63,596 nucleotides of DNA from Fonticula alba ATCC 38817 (taxonomy: Eukaryota; Protista; Nucleariida). The notes under the pieces are model-generated. The model saw only the letters and a program-made list of their open reading frames with translations. It made no database searches and was not told the DNA's origin. A program made the position numbers and the translations under genes. The stretch lies in NCBI GenBank assembly GCA_000388065.2, contig KB932202.1. One strand, 5' to 3'. Below are positions 1-13,900 of the stretch, in pieces (the first letter of the stretch is position 1; each line of letters opens with the position of its first letter).

Positions 1-344
1 CCCGGTCCCCCGGGGGCGGGCGGAGGAGGGACTATGCGCCGCCCGGGGGTAACTGCCGGTTTCTTGACGCGTGCCCCGCCGGGTGGGTGAGCGGGCCTCG
101 GCGGCGGCGGCGGCGGCGGCGACACGCGAAGGAGCGACCTGCCCTCCGGGCTCCTGCCGCGCCCCGCCGCAAGTGCGCACGTCGCCTCCTTGTCGGCCAC
201 CGATGCGCACAGGAAAGACGTGCGGGGCACCTCGCGTCAGCCTCGGCATGCGCCTCCTCCCTGTCCCCTCTTCCCCTCCCCCGCACTTGCCGCCTCGCGC
301 CTCGCTCCCTCGCCGCCCCCCTGCGCCCGCCGCCCCTCGCCGCC

Positions 345-1178
345 ATGTCACAGTGGCCGCCGCCGCCGCCGATGCCCAACCAGGCGGGCCCGGGCCCAGG
401 CCGGATGCCGCCCCCACCGCCAGGCCGACCGGCCGCACCGGCCCCACCGCAGCCGCCGGGCAACGCTGTGGCAGCGCCGGCCGGCGGCGCACCGCCCACC
501 GTCCCTCGCCGGCCGGCGCCGCCCCCGCCATCGGCCTACAGCCAGCCCTCGCGCCCGGCCGCCCCGCCGCCGGTGATCCTGGCCCCGCGTCCGTCCAGCA
601 GCGGATCCTCCAGCGGCGGCAGCAGCAGCAGCAGCAGCAGCGGCAGCCTCGGCGCCCCACGCCCGACCGCCCCGCCGCGGCCGAACTCCGCCCTCCTCGC
701 GGCCGGCGGGACCACCCTCGCGGCCGCGCCGCCGCCGCCGGTGGCCCCGCGCCCGGGCTCCGGCATCCTGCCGGCCGGCTCGGCCCCGGGCCCGGGAGCC
801 ATGCGGCGGCCCCTGCCGCCACCGGCCCCAAGCGGCAGCACGCCCATGCGCGCACCGCCTGGCCCCGGCACCGCCGGGCCCCTGCTCGCGCGCCCGGTCA
901 CCAAGGAGCCGGTCCTGCCCTTCCGCCTGCACATCTCCCGGTCCACCAACGGCGCCCGCCGGGTGCGCATCGTGCCCAACATCCAGGCCGCCGATCCCTC
1001 GGCCCAGCAGCAGCAGCAGCAGCAGCAGCAGCCCATCTCGGTCGAGAGCTTGGTCTTCGCCGGGGGCGTCGCCGCACGCGAGAGCTTCTCCCTGACGCCG
1101 ACGCACACGCCTGGCCTCACGCCCGACAGCACCCCCATCTGGGGCGTCATCGGCGTGCTGCCCTCGCCCACTGGTCCG

Positions 1179-1225
<47 letters not shown>

Positions 1226-2705
1226 CCCCTCCGCCCCGGCATCTCGCCCAGCGCACAGTCTCCTCGCCGGGCCACTCCGCCACTGACATCCCCGCCTCTC
1301 GGCCTCTCGCGCCTCGGCGCACGGCCCGACCCAGATGGCGAGCCCCTGCTCGGCGTGGTGACCGGCGCCGCGCCGGCCGCCAACTTCCCCCTGGGGTTCG
1401 GCCCGCCCGGCCGGGCCGACCTCCGAGCCTTCCGCATCACGGCCGTGGCCTTCATCTCCCTGCGCAGCAGCACATACGACTCGCACTTGGAGATGTCGCA
1501 TCAGCGGGCGCGAGCGCTGGCGGCGGCCGCCGCCGCCGCCGCCGGCGGGACCCCCGGCTCGTCGGCAGGCCCACCGGCCCCCGGCGCTCCCGGCACCGCC
1601 CCCGGCTCCGAGGATCTCCACGCCCAGGCACACCCGCTGGCCGATGTGCTGCGTCTGTTCACCGCCTCCGGCGGGAGCTTCTACTTCGCCGGCCAGGGCG
1701 GCGATCTGACGGCTTCGTATGCCCGGCGCGAGCGCATCCGTCGCGCCGCCCCGGCCGGCGCCAACCCCGTGGTCCTGGACTCGCGCTTCCTCTGGAACGA
1801 GTACATGGTACGCCAGTGAGCCTGCCCCGCCCCCCGGCCCGAGGCAGCGCCGCGTGCTCCAGATCCCGGCCCTCCTGCTCTCGGCGTCCTGGCCCTGACG
1901 CGCGCACCCCGGTCGCCCTCCTCCCCTCCCCTCCCCCCCCCCCTCCTTGCGCTTGGCCCGCGACCCCACAGCTCCGCGACATCATCCACCTGTTCCCGCT
2001 GCACGACTTGCCGGCCCCCTCGGCCCACCAGGCGCCGCCCCTGCTGTACCTGATCCGCGGCTTTGTCGGGACACATGGGGTCCGGCCGCCGCCGCCGCTG
2101 GCGCACTCGCCGCAGCCCGCCCTGCCGGAGCACCTCCCCCGGCCGGCGCTGGTTGGACTGATCGCGCGCATTGCTCACGGCCGCGCCGGCACGCGCTTCC
2201 TCTCGCGCGGCGTCGACGACGAGGGCAACACCTCGAACTTCGTCGAGTCCGAGCAGGTCCTGGTCCTGTGGCAGCCGCAGCCGCAGCCGCAGCCGGCCGC
2301 GGCCGCGGCCCCGGCCGGCAACCGCCTGCATGTGCTGGCCTTCCTGCAGGTGCGTGGCAGTGTCCCCCTGCATTGGGAACAGGCCGCCACCGGGAGCGTC
2401 CTGTCCGGCATCGGGTCCCATCGGATTCTCTTCAGCCGGGGCGCTGAGCAGCCGCCGGAGCCGGCCGTCGGCCAGGCCGCCGGGGGGCACCTGGCCCCCG
2501 GCGTGGCCGCCGCCGACCCCGTGCCCCTGATGGTGCCCTCGCTGCTACGGCACTTCTGGCTGCTGGACTCGAACTATGCCTCGACCGGGCCGCGGCAGCT
2601 GTCCACCACCCGGGCCAGCTGCGTGCAGGTGGTCACCCTGATGAACATCCAGAAGGCCGGCGAGCGCACCCTCACCGAGGCCTACCAGCGGTGCGTCGGC
2701 GGAGC

Positions 2706-2799
<94 letters not shown>

Positions 2800-3779
2800 N
2801 NNNNNNNNNCCCGCGCGCCTCCCCCGCCCCGTGTGCACGATGGCCCTGCCCATCTAACCCCCCGATGGCCATGCCCCCCCCCTTCCCGGCCGCCGCCCCT
2901 TCCAGCGCCCTCAAACACATGCCCTACCAGGTGCCCTTCTTCCACTACGACCTGCATAATGAAACGCGCGCCTTCTCCGGGGCCGGTGGCGACGCGGCCG
3001 GCAATCATGCCAGCCCGTCGGACGCCCAGTCCTCGGCCGGGCTGGCCCTGCGCAAGCTGGTGGCCCGACTTGGCGACACCATCCCGGACATGGGGATGCT
3101 GCACACGGTGAATGCCATGCCGGTGCCCCGGCGCGCGGCCAGCCCCGGGACCCCCCCGGCCGATACACCGCCCGGGCCCGGGGCCGGGGCCGAGGTGCGC
3201 GCCCGCCAGCAGGGCATCTTCCGGGTCAACTGCGTCGACTGCCTCGATCGCACGAATGCCGCCCAGCGGGCCATCGGCACGCACGCCCTGCGCGCATACC
3301 TGGGCACCGCCTTCGCCGAGGTGTTCGGGTCTCTGGTGGCCGGCGACGCCGGCGGGCTCGGCTACTCGCCCTCCACGCCGAATCTTGTGCTGCCCGCGTC
3401 GGGCGGCCTGGCCCGCACCAGCTCGGCCGATGGCCTTGCCGGGCCCGACCCCTCGCCCTCCATGCCCAACCTGCGCCTGGGCCCGGGCCGCGATGACACG
3501 CATGCCGACGCCCCGGCCACCGACCCGCGCCTGGCCACCGCCTACTGGTCCACCATCGACACCCTGCTGTCGAACTTGTGGTATGTGGCCGGCGACCAGA
3601 TCTCCAAGTCCTACGCCGGCACCGGGGCCCTGCGGTCCAGTGTCACCAAGACCGGCAAGCAAACTTTCTCCGGTGCGTACGTGCGCGGCCAGGGCGGCCG
3701 ACATGGCGGACTCTCGCTGGCTTCCTTTTGCCCGGGCACATCCGGCCATCTTCTGACACCCGCTGGACCGGCTTTCCGC

Positions 3780-3821
<42 letters not shown>

Positions 3822-3823
3822 TA

Positions 3824-3883
<60 letters not shown>

Positions 3884-6800
3884 ACCCCTCCCCCCCCCCC
3901 GCCCCATCCCCGGGCCCTGGCCCAGGTCTCCTGGACGATGTCATCAAGAACGTCGGCCGATATGTAAACAACCAGTTCCTCGATGACTCGCGCCAGACGG
4001 CCACCGACTTCCTGCTCGGGCGCTGGATCTCCGCGGTTCGGTCGTGTGACGACGGCCAGGCCGGGCCCCGGCTCAGCCGCCAGGCCGATCACCGGCTGCT
4101 GCGCACGGCCTTCTCCGAGGCCATCCGGCCGAAGCTTCACCACCAGTACGCCCTTCCCCGGCCTCCCTGGCATTTCCTTCCCTTTCCCCTCCCCCCCCCC
4201 TTCTTTTTATCTCTCTCTCCCTCTATCTTCTCTCCGCTCCCCTGTCCACATGCACGCCACACCACACAGACAGACGCATGCTCACTCGGCCTCAGACTCC
4301 TGCGCTTCCGCGAGCGACACTCCTTTCACATTGTGTGCGGATCATGGAACGTCAATGGGCGGCCCTTCAACCCCTCTATCGCGCTGGATCACTGGGTACA
4401 GATGCCGCAGTTCTTCGACGGTGCGCCCCTGGAGAGCTCTGCCGGCCTCCATCCCCCCTCGTCCTCCCGCCTGCCCGGTCGCCCGTGCCGCCACGCATCC
4501 CGGCCACGTGCCTCCATTTCCCCTTTTTTTTTTCCCTCTCGTCTCACTTCGTCCCGGCCTCCACTCACACATGTGCATGCCACTTCCCCGGTCTGTCGGC
4601 AGTCATTCCCGACATTGCGGCTTTCTCCTTCCAGGAGATCGTCCCCCTGTCGGCCCGGCAGATCGCCAGCACCGATCCCCAAACACGCAAGGTATGGGAG
4701 CTGGCTCTGGGGTCGGCGCTGACGCGCCTGGTGCGCCAGCATCCCGGCGCGGCCAACTCCCCCGCCAACGCGGTCGAGTACCACCTCCTCTGCTCGGAGC
4801 AGCTGGTCGGCGCGTGCCTGGTGATCTTCGTCCGGCCGCACATCCTGCCCCTTATCCGCAATGTTGAGCGCGCGTCGGTCAAGGNNNNNNNNNNCCCCCC
4901 CCCTGCCCGCCCGCCTGCCCCCATAAAGCGCGTCTCTGGCGGGCCGGCGTACTCGCGTCCGGGGACCATCCGCGCATGCCCATGGAAGCCGCCCCCGGCC
5001 GTAGCAGGGCAGCCAGACATCAGACCCGCGCCCGGGGCCGCCGCCCTGCCCTGCCCTGCCCCCCCCCCCGGCCGCGGGCGGCCGCGCCCGCGCCCCCGCG
5101 CGCGCCATTCCATTCCCCCGGGTCGCCACAGCACGGCCTACCCCACGGGTCCCTGCCAGTCTCCCCGGCACGGGGGCGCCCTGGCCAGCGGCGCAGGCCG
5201 GCGAGCGGGCGAAAGGCACGGAGCCCGGGGGAGGAAGGCGAGCGAGACGGAGAGACAGCGAGACAGGGCGCTGTGCGATACTCGATCACGCACGGCGGCG
5301 GTGCACGGGGCGGCGCGGGGCGCAGAGAAAGAGAGCAAAGAGCCCGGCGGCAGGCGCCCGTCCCGAGGGTTAGAAAAGGGGCAGGGTTCAGCTCGGCGGC
5401 CGGAATGTTGTCGGGGGCGGTCGGCCCCTCTCTGCCCCCCCCTGGGGGGGGGGGCGCGCGGCGCGGCACGGGGAGCGCGCCTACCCCGAGCCGCGCCCCT
5501 GCTCTCCCCGCCCAGGGCTGGAGGGCATTCTCCGGCACGAGCACCGGCAACACCCCGGGCTCCCCGGCCCCCACACGGGCCGCCGGAGAGAGCGGGACAC
5601 AGACCGTGTATGCCACAGGAACACCGCCGCCCCCCCCCCCTCCCGGTCGCGGGCGCGCCGGCCTGAAACCCAACGCCAAGATGCGCAAAAAAAAAACCGC
5701 ACTTTATATTGGCACGTTCCCCCCCCCCCGCTGGCTCTGGACGTGTGCGTATATATGTGTGTGTGTCGCGCCCCGGGCCGGCACGTCCCACGAAGCGGGG
5801 GAAAAATAAATGTGTGGATACCCAGAATCGAACTGGGGCCGAGTGGGCCACAACCACTTATACTAACCACTATACGATATCCACTTGTCAAGTGGCCACT
5901 CCACACGGCTATTTATCCCCCACCCCGACGGAAAGCCGCGCGCCGCCATTTCGCCCCGCCCGCCCGACGACTGTATCGTTGGCAGCAGATCGCGGCCCGG
6001 CTTCCCGCGCCTCATTACTTGCGCTCTTCCTGGCCCCCCCCCCCCCCCCCCCCCCCGGCGCCGGGCCGCCTGGCCGGGGGCGCGTGTGGCTGTGGCCTCG
6101 CGCGCTTCGGGCTCGTGGGGCGCCGGGGCCCCGGCTCCTCACTCGATGACCTGCANNNNNNNNNNGGGGGGGGGCAGGTGGTCTTCCGCCGGCCCGGCCA
6201 CGGCGCAGGCGTGCGTCGCGCCCGCACGCCGCGACACCGCGCTCAGGCGCCGTGTGAGGGAGGCCGGGCCCGGTACAAGGGGGGCGCGGTTCGTCGAAAC
6301 GGACGCGCAAACCGACCATGCCCCTTGTCGGCCGCCGACCGAGGGGCGGGGGTGGGGCTACGCCGGCTAGGGGCCTCTTATGAGAGCCCCCCTCCGTCCA
6401 CCATAGGGGCGGGCTCCGGACGAGGGGCGGACGCACACCGTTCCCTGCCGCCGCCGCCCCCTTTTTCCTCGGTCGGTGGCCGACGAGCCGCGAGGGGCGC
6501 CGGCCTGCCATCATCGAGACAGCGGGGGGGGGGGGGGGGCGGCAGCGAAGTACGCGCCGTGAACGCTTGGCGAGGGCCGCGCGCCATTCTCCCCGGCCGC
6601 CTCGGGGAAGGGCGGTCGGGAATTTTCCGCCCCGCTCCCTCGAGAGGGCGGGCCCGGCCCGGCGCGGTGGTGCGTCCGTCTCCTCCCGCCCGCCCCCTGG
6701 GGGGGCGGGGGGGCCTTTCCGGTGGGCCTGATCCGCAGGCAAATGCCGCCGCGCCTCGCCTCGCCCGCGGCGCGTGCGCGTGCGCGTGCACTCGTGCTCG

Positions 6801-9399
6801 GGGAGAGGCGCCGCCCGCGCCACCGCCGGCCGGCAGGGGCGGAGGAGGTGCCAGTCCACCCTCGAGCGCGGGGACGCGCCCCCGCGCCCTGCCCTCCCGG
6901 CGGACTGTATTGTGGTGGTCTTCCCCGGCCTCGGGTGACAAGACATAAAAAAAAAAACAAGCGCGAGCACCGAGAAAATAACCGCCCCCCGAGGCGGCGC
7001 CCTCTCCCGCTCTCGCTCTGTCTCTCGCAAGCTTGCGTGCGCGCGCGCGCGCGCGCGCGCGCGTGTGTGAGGTTGGGTGTGGGAGCGGCTGCCGCCTGGG
7101 AAGGGGGAGGGAAAATACAGGGGCGGACGAACAGCCTCGGGGCAGGGGGAAAAAGGGGCAGGATGCGCGCGCACCGGCCAGCCGGCGCGGGTATCGCGTT
7201 GCCGCCCGGCCTCCGAGGCGGCGGGCGGGGGGGGNNNNNNNNNNCCCCCCCCCCCCCCCCCCGGCCCGCTTCCTCTCTTGCCCTCGGAATCCCCTCCCGC
7301 ACGGCGTCTAATGTCGCTGCCCGCGCTCGCCCCCGGCTCCCTCCTCGGCTGCTGCCTGCTCGCCCTAGACCGGCCTCTCCGGCATGGCCGGCAACAAGGG
7401 CGGCGTTGGGGTGCGCTTTGACCTGGCCGGGGCGGTGGCCAGCCCCGGGCGCGGGGCGGCCTCCCTCGCCTCCCCGCACCCGACGGCCCCGGCGGCCGGG
7501 GTGTCGCTTCTCTTCATCGGCGCCCATCTGGCCGCCGGGCAGTCCAAGACCGCCGACCGGGATGCCGACTACCAGGTGATCGCGGGGAATCTGCGCTTCG
7601 CCGCGCTGCCCGGGCTGGATGCCGTCCACCGGCCCGGCAATGAAGCCCCCCCGCCGGCGTGCGGCTACCGCGACCACCGGCACATCTTCTGGCTCGGGGA
7701 TCTGAACTACCGGATCGCCCACTTTTCCAATGGCTTCATCCGCCAGGCCGTGGCCGAGGGGCGCTTCGATGCCCTGGCCCGGTATGACCAGCTGCGCCAG
7801 TCTCAGGGCCAGGGCCGTGCCTTTGTCGGGGTGCTGGAGGGCCCGCTGCGCTTCCCGCCCACATACCGCTATGACATCGGCACCCGGCAGTATGACACCA
7901 GCGAGAAAAACCGCTCCCCAGCATGGACCGACCGGATCCTGTGGGAGCCCTCGACCGGGCTGGCTGGGGCCCCGGTGGCCGGGGCCCCGGACGCCCCGGC
8001 CGCCCCGGAAGAGGCCGTCCTCCTGGGCTATGACCATGTGGATCGGCTGCTGCAAAGCGACCATCGGCCCATTCACGCGCTCTTCCGGCTGAATGTCGGC
8101 CTCCTGGCGGACACCTATGCGGCTGCCATCCAGGAGATGAATGCCGTGCTGGCGGCCGGGTCGGACACCGGGGCCGGGCCCGACGCCGCGGCCCTGCACC
8201 AGTGCCTGCTGGAGAGCCGGTTCCAGCTGTCCGAAGCGGATGCCCTGCTTGCTGAACGCTATCGCGGCCCGGCGTCTGCCTCCGCCTCGCCGATGCCCCG
8301 CCCGGCGGCGGTCTCCTCCTCCGGGCGCCGGAGTGTCGCGCCGGAACCGCCTGGCCCGCGCTCGGCCTCCTCCTCGGCCGCTTCCTCGGCATACGGGTCG
8401 CCGGCTGCCGGCATGCTGACGCGTCCCGGCCCGGTCCCAACCGCGAGCCCGGCTCCGGCTCCGGCTCCGGCCCCGGGCCCGGCGGTCGGCCAGCTCCTGG
8501 ATTTGGATCAGACCTCCACCCCGGGCCCGGGCCCGGGTCCCGCTGCCAGCGGCCTGCTGGATCTGTTTGGCTTTGCGGCCAGCCCCGGGCCAGCTGCCTC
8601 GCCTCCGGTCGGGGCCGTGCGCCGCGACGAGGACGAAGACGACGAGGATGTCGATGAGGCGGCCTACGCCGACGCCTCCCATGCCGGCCACCAGGCGCCC
8701 GAGGAGGAGGACGAGGAGGACGAGGACTACACCGACGCCTCCTCCATGTCGACCACCGGCAGCGGCACGCACCCCTTCCTGGCGAGCTCCGGCTCGTCGG
8801 TGTACTCGGCCGACTCGGTGGACATGGCCCTGGCAATGGCTCCGGTGCCCGGGGCGGCCGCCGGCATGGATGGCTCCCCTGCCGGGCCGGCGGGGCACCT
8901 GCTGCTGGACCTGGACCAGGGCTGGCACACCGGGTCGATGCCGGCCGCCACGCCCCCGGGGGTCTTCGACATCGCGGATCTCATTCTCGGTGGTGGCCCG
9001 GCTTCTCCACACGGGCCGGGGGACCTCTCGCCGGCCGACGGGCCCGAGGATGATCCCTTCCTCTTCCCGAACGGGGCGCCTCCCCCGCTGCGTAGCCCCT
9101 CGCCAGGGCGCTTCCTGCCGCCCGGGGCCCCCCCGGCCGGGCCGCACACCCTTTCCCAGAGAGAGCTGGATACCATCTTCGGGACTTCCCCGGCCCCGGC
9201 CGCCGGCAGTGGCATGGTCTTGCCGACACCGCCGACGCGCCCGGCCCCGCCCATCCCCCCGGGCGGCGGCTCGCGCGGGCCGCCGCCCCCTCTGCCCCGG
9301 GGCCCGGCCCCGGCGGCCCCCCCGGCCGGACTGGTGGCCTCGGCGGGTCCGCGCCGGCCGCCACCCCCGGCCCCGCCCACCAAGCCCCCGGGGACTTAG
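345..9399 (+). CDS. SYNJ1: Synaptojanin-like phosphoinositide phosphatase (Sac1 domain + inositol polyphosphate 5-phosphatase + Pro-rich tail), multi-exon
   Basis: ATG at 345. Sac1 motifs DSRFLWNEYM, RAGTRFLSRGVDDEGNTSNFVESEQ, FLQVRGSVPLHWEQ and catalytic CX5R(T) RVNCVDCLDRTN (~3222-3257). Linker LLDDVIKNVGRYVNNQFLDDSRQTATDFLLG. 5-phosphatase motifs GSWNVNG, FSFQEIV, SVK|TGLSGMAGNKGG, FWLGDLNYRI, PPTYRYD..YDTSEKNRSPAWTDRILW. Example introns 1808-1971 and 4884-7368; last exon 7369-9399. Other internal boundaries approximate because of poly-C runs and gaps. Confidence 0.93.
5813..5884 (-). tRNA. trnH-GUG: tRNA-His (GUG)
   Basis: Reverse complement GTGGATATCGTATAGTGGTTAGTATAAGTGGTTGTGGCCCACTCGGCCCCAGTTCGATTCTGGGTATCCACA: 7-bp acceptor stem GTGGATA/TATCCAC, D-arm TAGTGGTTAG, anticodon stem AGTGG/CCACT with loop TT-GTG-GC, T-loop GTTCGAT, discriminator A, then a TTTATTTTT Pol III terminator-like run. 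Confidence 0.95.
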
Positions 9400-10105
9400 T
9401 GCTCATATGGGGCGCGTGCACGGCGGCTCCCCCCTCGAAAAGTCCTTCCTCTCCTCCTTGTGATCCACCCTGCCCACGGCTCGGTGTCTGCCATCCGGCC
9501 GGCATGCCCGTCTACCATCTCCCAATGCCGGCCGACAATATACATGCACCAAAGCACCCTGCCATGGTCTTAATTGAATGATGCGCCTTTAACTCGGCCC
9601 GGTCCGCCGGCAGACCGGGCAAACATGGGGATCGGCCGCCGCGAGGCCGGGGGCAGGGGCCCTCACCATGCGATTGGGGCTGCCGGTCCGCCCGGGGCTC
9701 CGGCTCCCCTCGGCAAGAGCCGCCCCCGGGGCGGCCGGACACCGGGAGCCGAGGAACGAGACCGCCGCGCGCCCGGGACGAGGGGGGGGGGGGCGAGTCC
9801 GAGCGAGGTTCGGTGGGAGCTGGGCGTGGAACAGCGGGGCCCGGGCCTCGCCTGAGAAGGGCGGGCTGCCTGCCCCGAGCGGGGATCCCGCCCGGGCCTC
9901 CCCTGCCATCCCGCCGTCCGCCGCCCCCCGATCGCCACCCTGCTCTGCCTCCTTCGGGTTCGTACCTTGCCACCCTTTTGTCGCACACTGCGTATGCCCC
10001 AAAAGCAACCGGGCGCATCCTGACACACACACACACACACACGCGTGGCACCCACACCCTTCCCCCTCCCCTCTCTCTACCTCACACACACACACACGAC
10101 GCAGC

Positions 10106-10675
10106 ATGCACACCAGCCGCCCGAAGACCGTTATCACCATGCGCAAGTCTGCGGCCAGCCACCCGGCCAAGCCTTTCTGGTATGACACGCTTGTGTTCCT
10201 GCCGTTCTTCCTGTCGCACGCGTTCTTCGCCGTGTGCGTGGACATCCAGCCGCTGTTCTCCAAGGCCTTCCTGGAGCAGTATTACCCGGCGGCCCTGCGC
10301 GGCCTGCTGGACACGTACCTCCGCCTGTCCGGCGACGTCCTGATGGCCACGGCCCCCTCCTTCTTCCGGTCGTTCCTCATGCTGGAGCTGGCCTTCCAGC
10401 TGCCCTTCTGCCTGGCGGCCGTGTATGCCCTGCTCAAGTCCAAGGAGTGGATCCGCATCCCGGCGGTGGCCTATGGCGCCCACACCCTGACCACCACCGC
10501 GGCCTGCCTGCTGACGCAGTTCGAGTCCTCGGTCATGGACAGCCAGCAGAAGATGGTGTCCATGGCCCTGACCGCGCCCTTCTTCCTGATGTCGATTTTC
10601 ATCCTCATCCGCTTCGGCTACGGCCCGAAGCTCGGCACCGCCGGGCAGGCCTCCGCCAAGTCCAAGACCAACTAA
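10106..10675 (+). CDS. TMEM97: TMEM97 / sigma-2 receptor-like EXPERA-domain membrane protein, intronless
   Basis: VCVDIQ, SGDVLMATAPSFFRSFLMLELAFQLPF and EWIRIPAVAYGAHTLTT match the remembered TMEM97 pattern (DPL..PP.WFKSFL.CELVFQLPFF; WIR.PAI.Y..HT.TT). Four hydrophobic segments. C-terminal KSKTN fits a KxKxx ER-retrieval signal. Start could instead be ATG at 10139. Confidence 0.88.
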   Translation: MHTSRPKTVITMRKSAASHPAKPFWYDTLVFLPFFLSHAFFAVCVDIQPLFSKAFLEQYYPAALRGLLDTYLRLSGDVLMATAPSFFRSFLMLELAFQLPFCLAAVYALLKSKEWIRIPAVAYGAHTLTTTAACLLTQFESSVMDSQQKMVSMALTAPFFLMSIFILIRFGYGPKLGTAGQASAKSKTN

Positions 10676-11618
10676 GCGCGCGTGTCCGTGCGCGCGTGCC
10701 GGAGGGGGCCCGGCAAGAGATGCCGAACGGGGGCCGGGGCATCGGTCCGGCCCCGGGAGGGCGCGAGGGCCAGGCACACCTGCGCACTTTCCGCGCGGGA
10801 GCGCCCGCTCCTTGGCCGCCTCCTCCCCCCCTCCTTGCCTTGCGTGAGGATAAATCGAATGAACGTGTTTCCATCTGCGTGTGTGTGTGTGTGTGTCCCC
10901 TCTTTGCTGCGGGATTCGTGTGGGTGTTGGGGAAAAGGGGGCCGCGGGGGGAGGGAGGCGCGCTTTGGAAGGGGGGCTCTGCATGGTTGGATGAAAAGAG
11001 GAGACAATCCACGGTGGATGTCCTCTGCCTTCCTGTCCCGGCGTCCGCGCAGGCACGCACAGACACGCACAAACACTTACACGCACAAACACTCACACCC
11101 ACATACACTTGAGAGGGAGTGCCAAAACAAAGACGCAGAAAGTGAACCAGCGCGGCGGCCGATGCCCGGGGGGGGGGGCAAGAATGGAAGGAAGGAAGGA
11201 AAGTAGGGTATGTGTATTTTCCACAGACCCCCACGCGCGCACGCGCATGAGGGGCGCCGTGTGGCACACACACGGAGGAAGGAGGAGGAGAAGAACACCA
11301 TGCACACAGACAGGCACAAAAAGGTGGTCTCACGCCTCTCGCCCTCCCTCTCGCGCGCGCGCGCCTACGCGCATTGCCGGCCTTCACACACCCCCACACC
11401 CACTTCGGCCCCTCTCTCTCGCACATGCAGACATGCACAAGAGAGAGCGAGAAGGGAGGGGGAGGGGGGGAAAAAGCCGGCCGCGGCCCGCTACACACAC
11501 CACCAGAACGCGCGCGGACAACACGCTCCCGGCGGAGAGGGGGCGCGCGCACATGGCATGGCTAGCAGCCGCTACGCACACACACACACACGCATACAGG
11601 GGGGGGACACGTTGTCGC

Positions 11619-13900
<2,282 letters not shown>

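Noticed and set aside
2545-4004. Poly-Pro/poly-Gly proteins suggesting formin/WASP-like domains
   Set aside because: They derive from intronic poly-C runs flanked by splice sites and N-gaps.
6138-6155. Possible minus-strand terminal exon tgcag|GTC ATC GAG TGA at a gap edge
   Set aside because: Only three codons, so indistinguishable from chance; at most weak support for contig misplacement.
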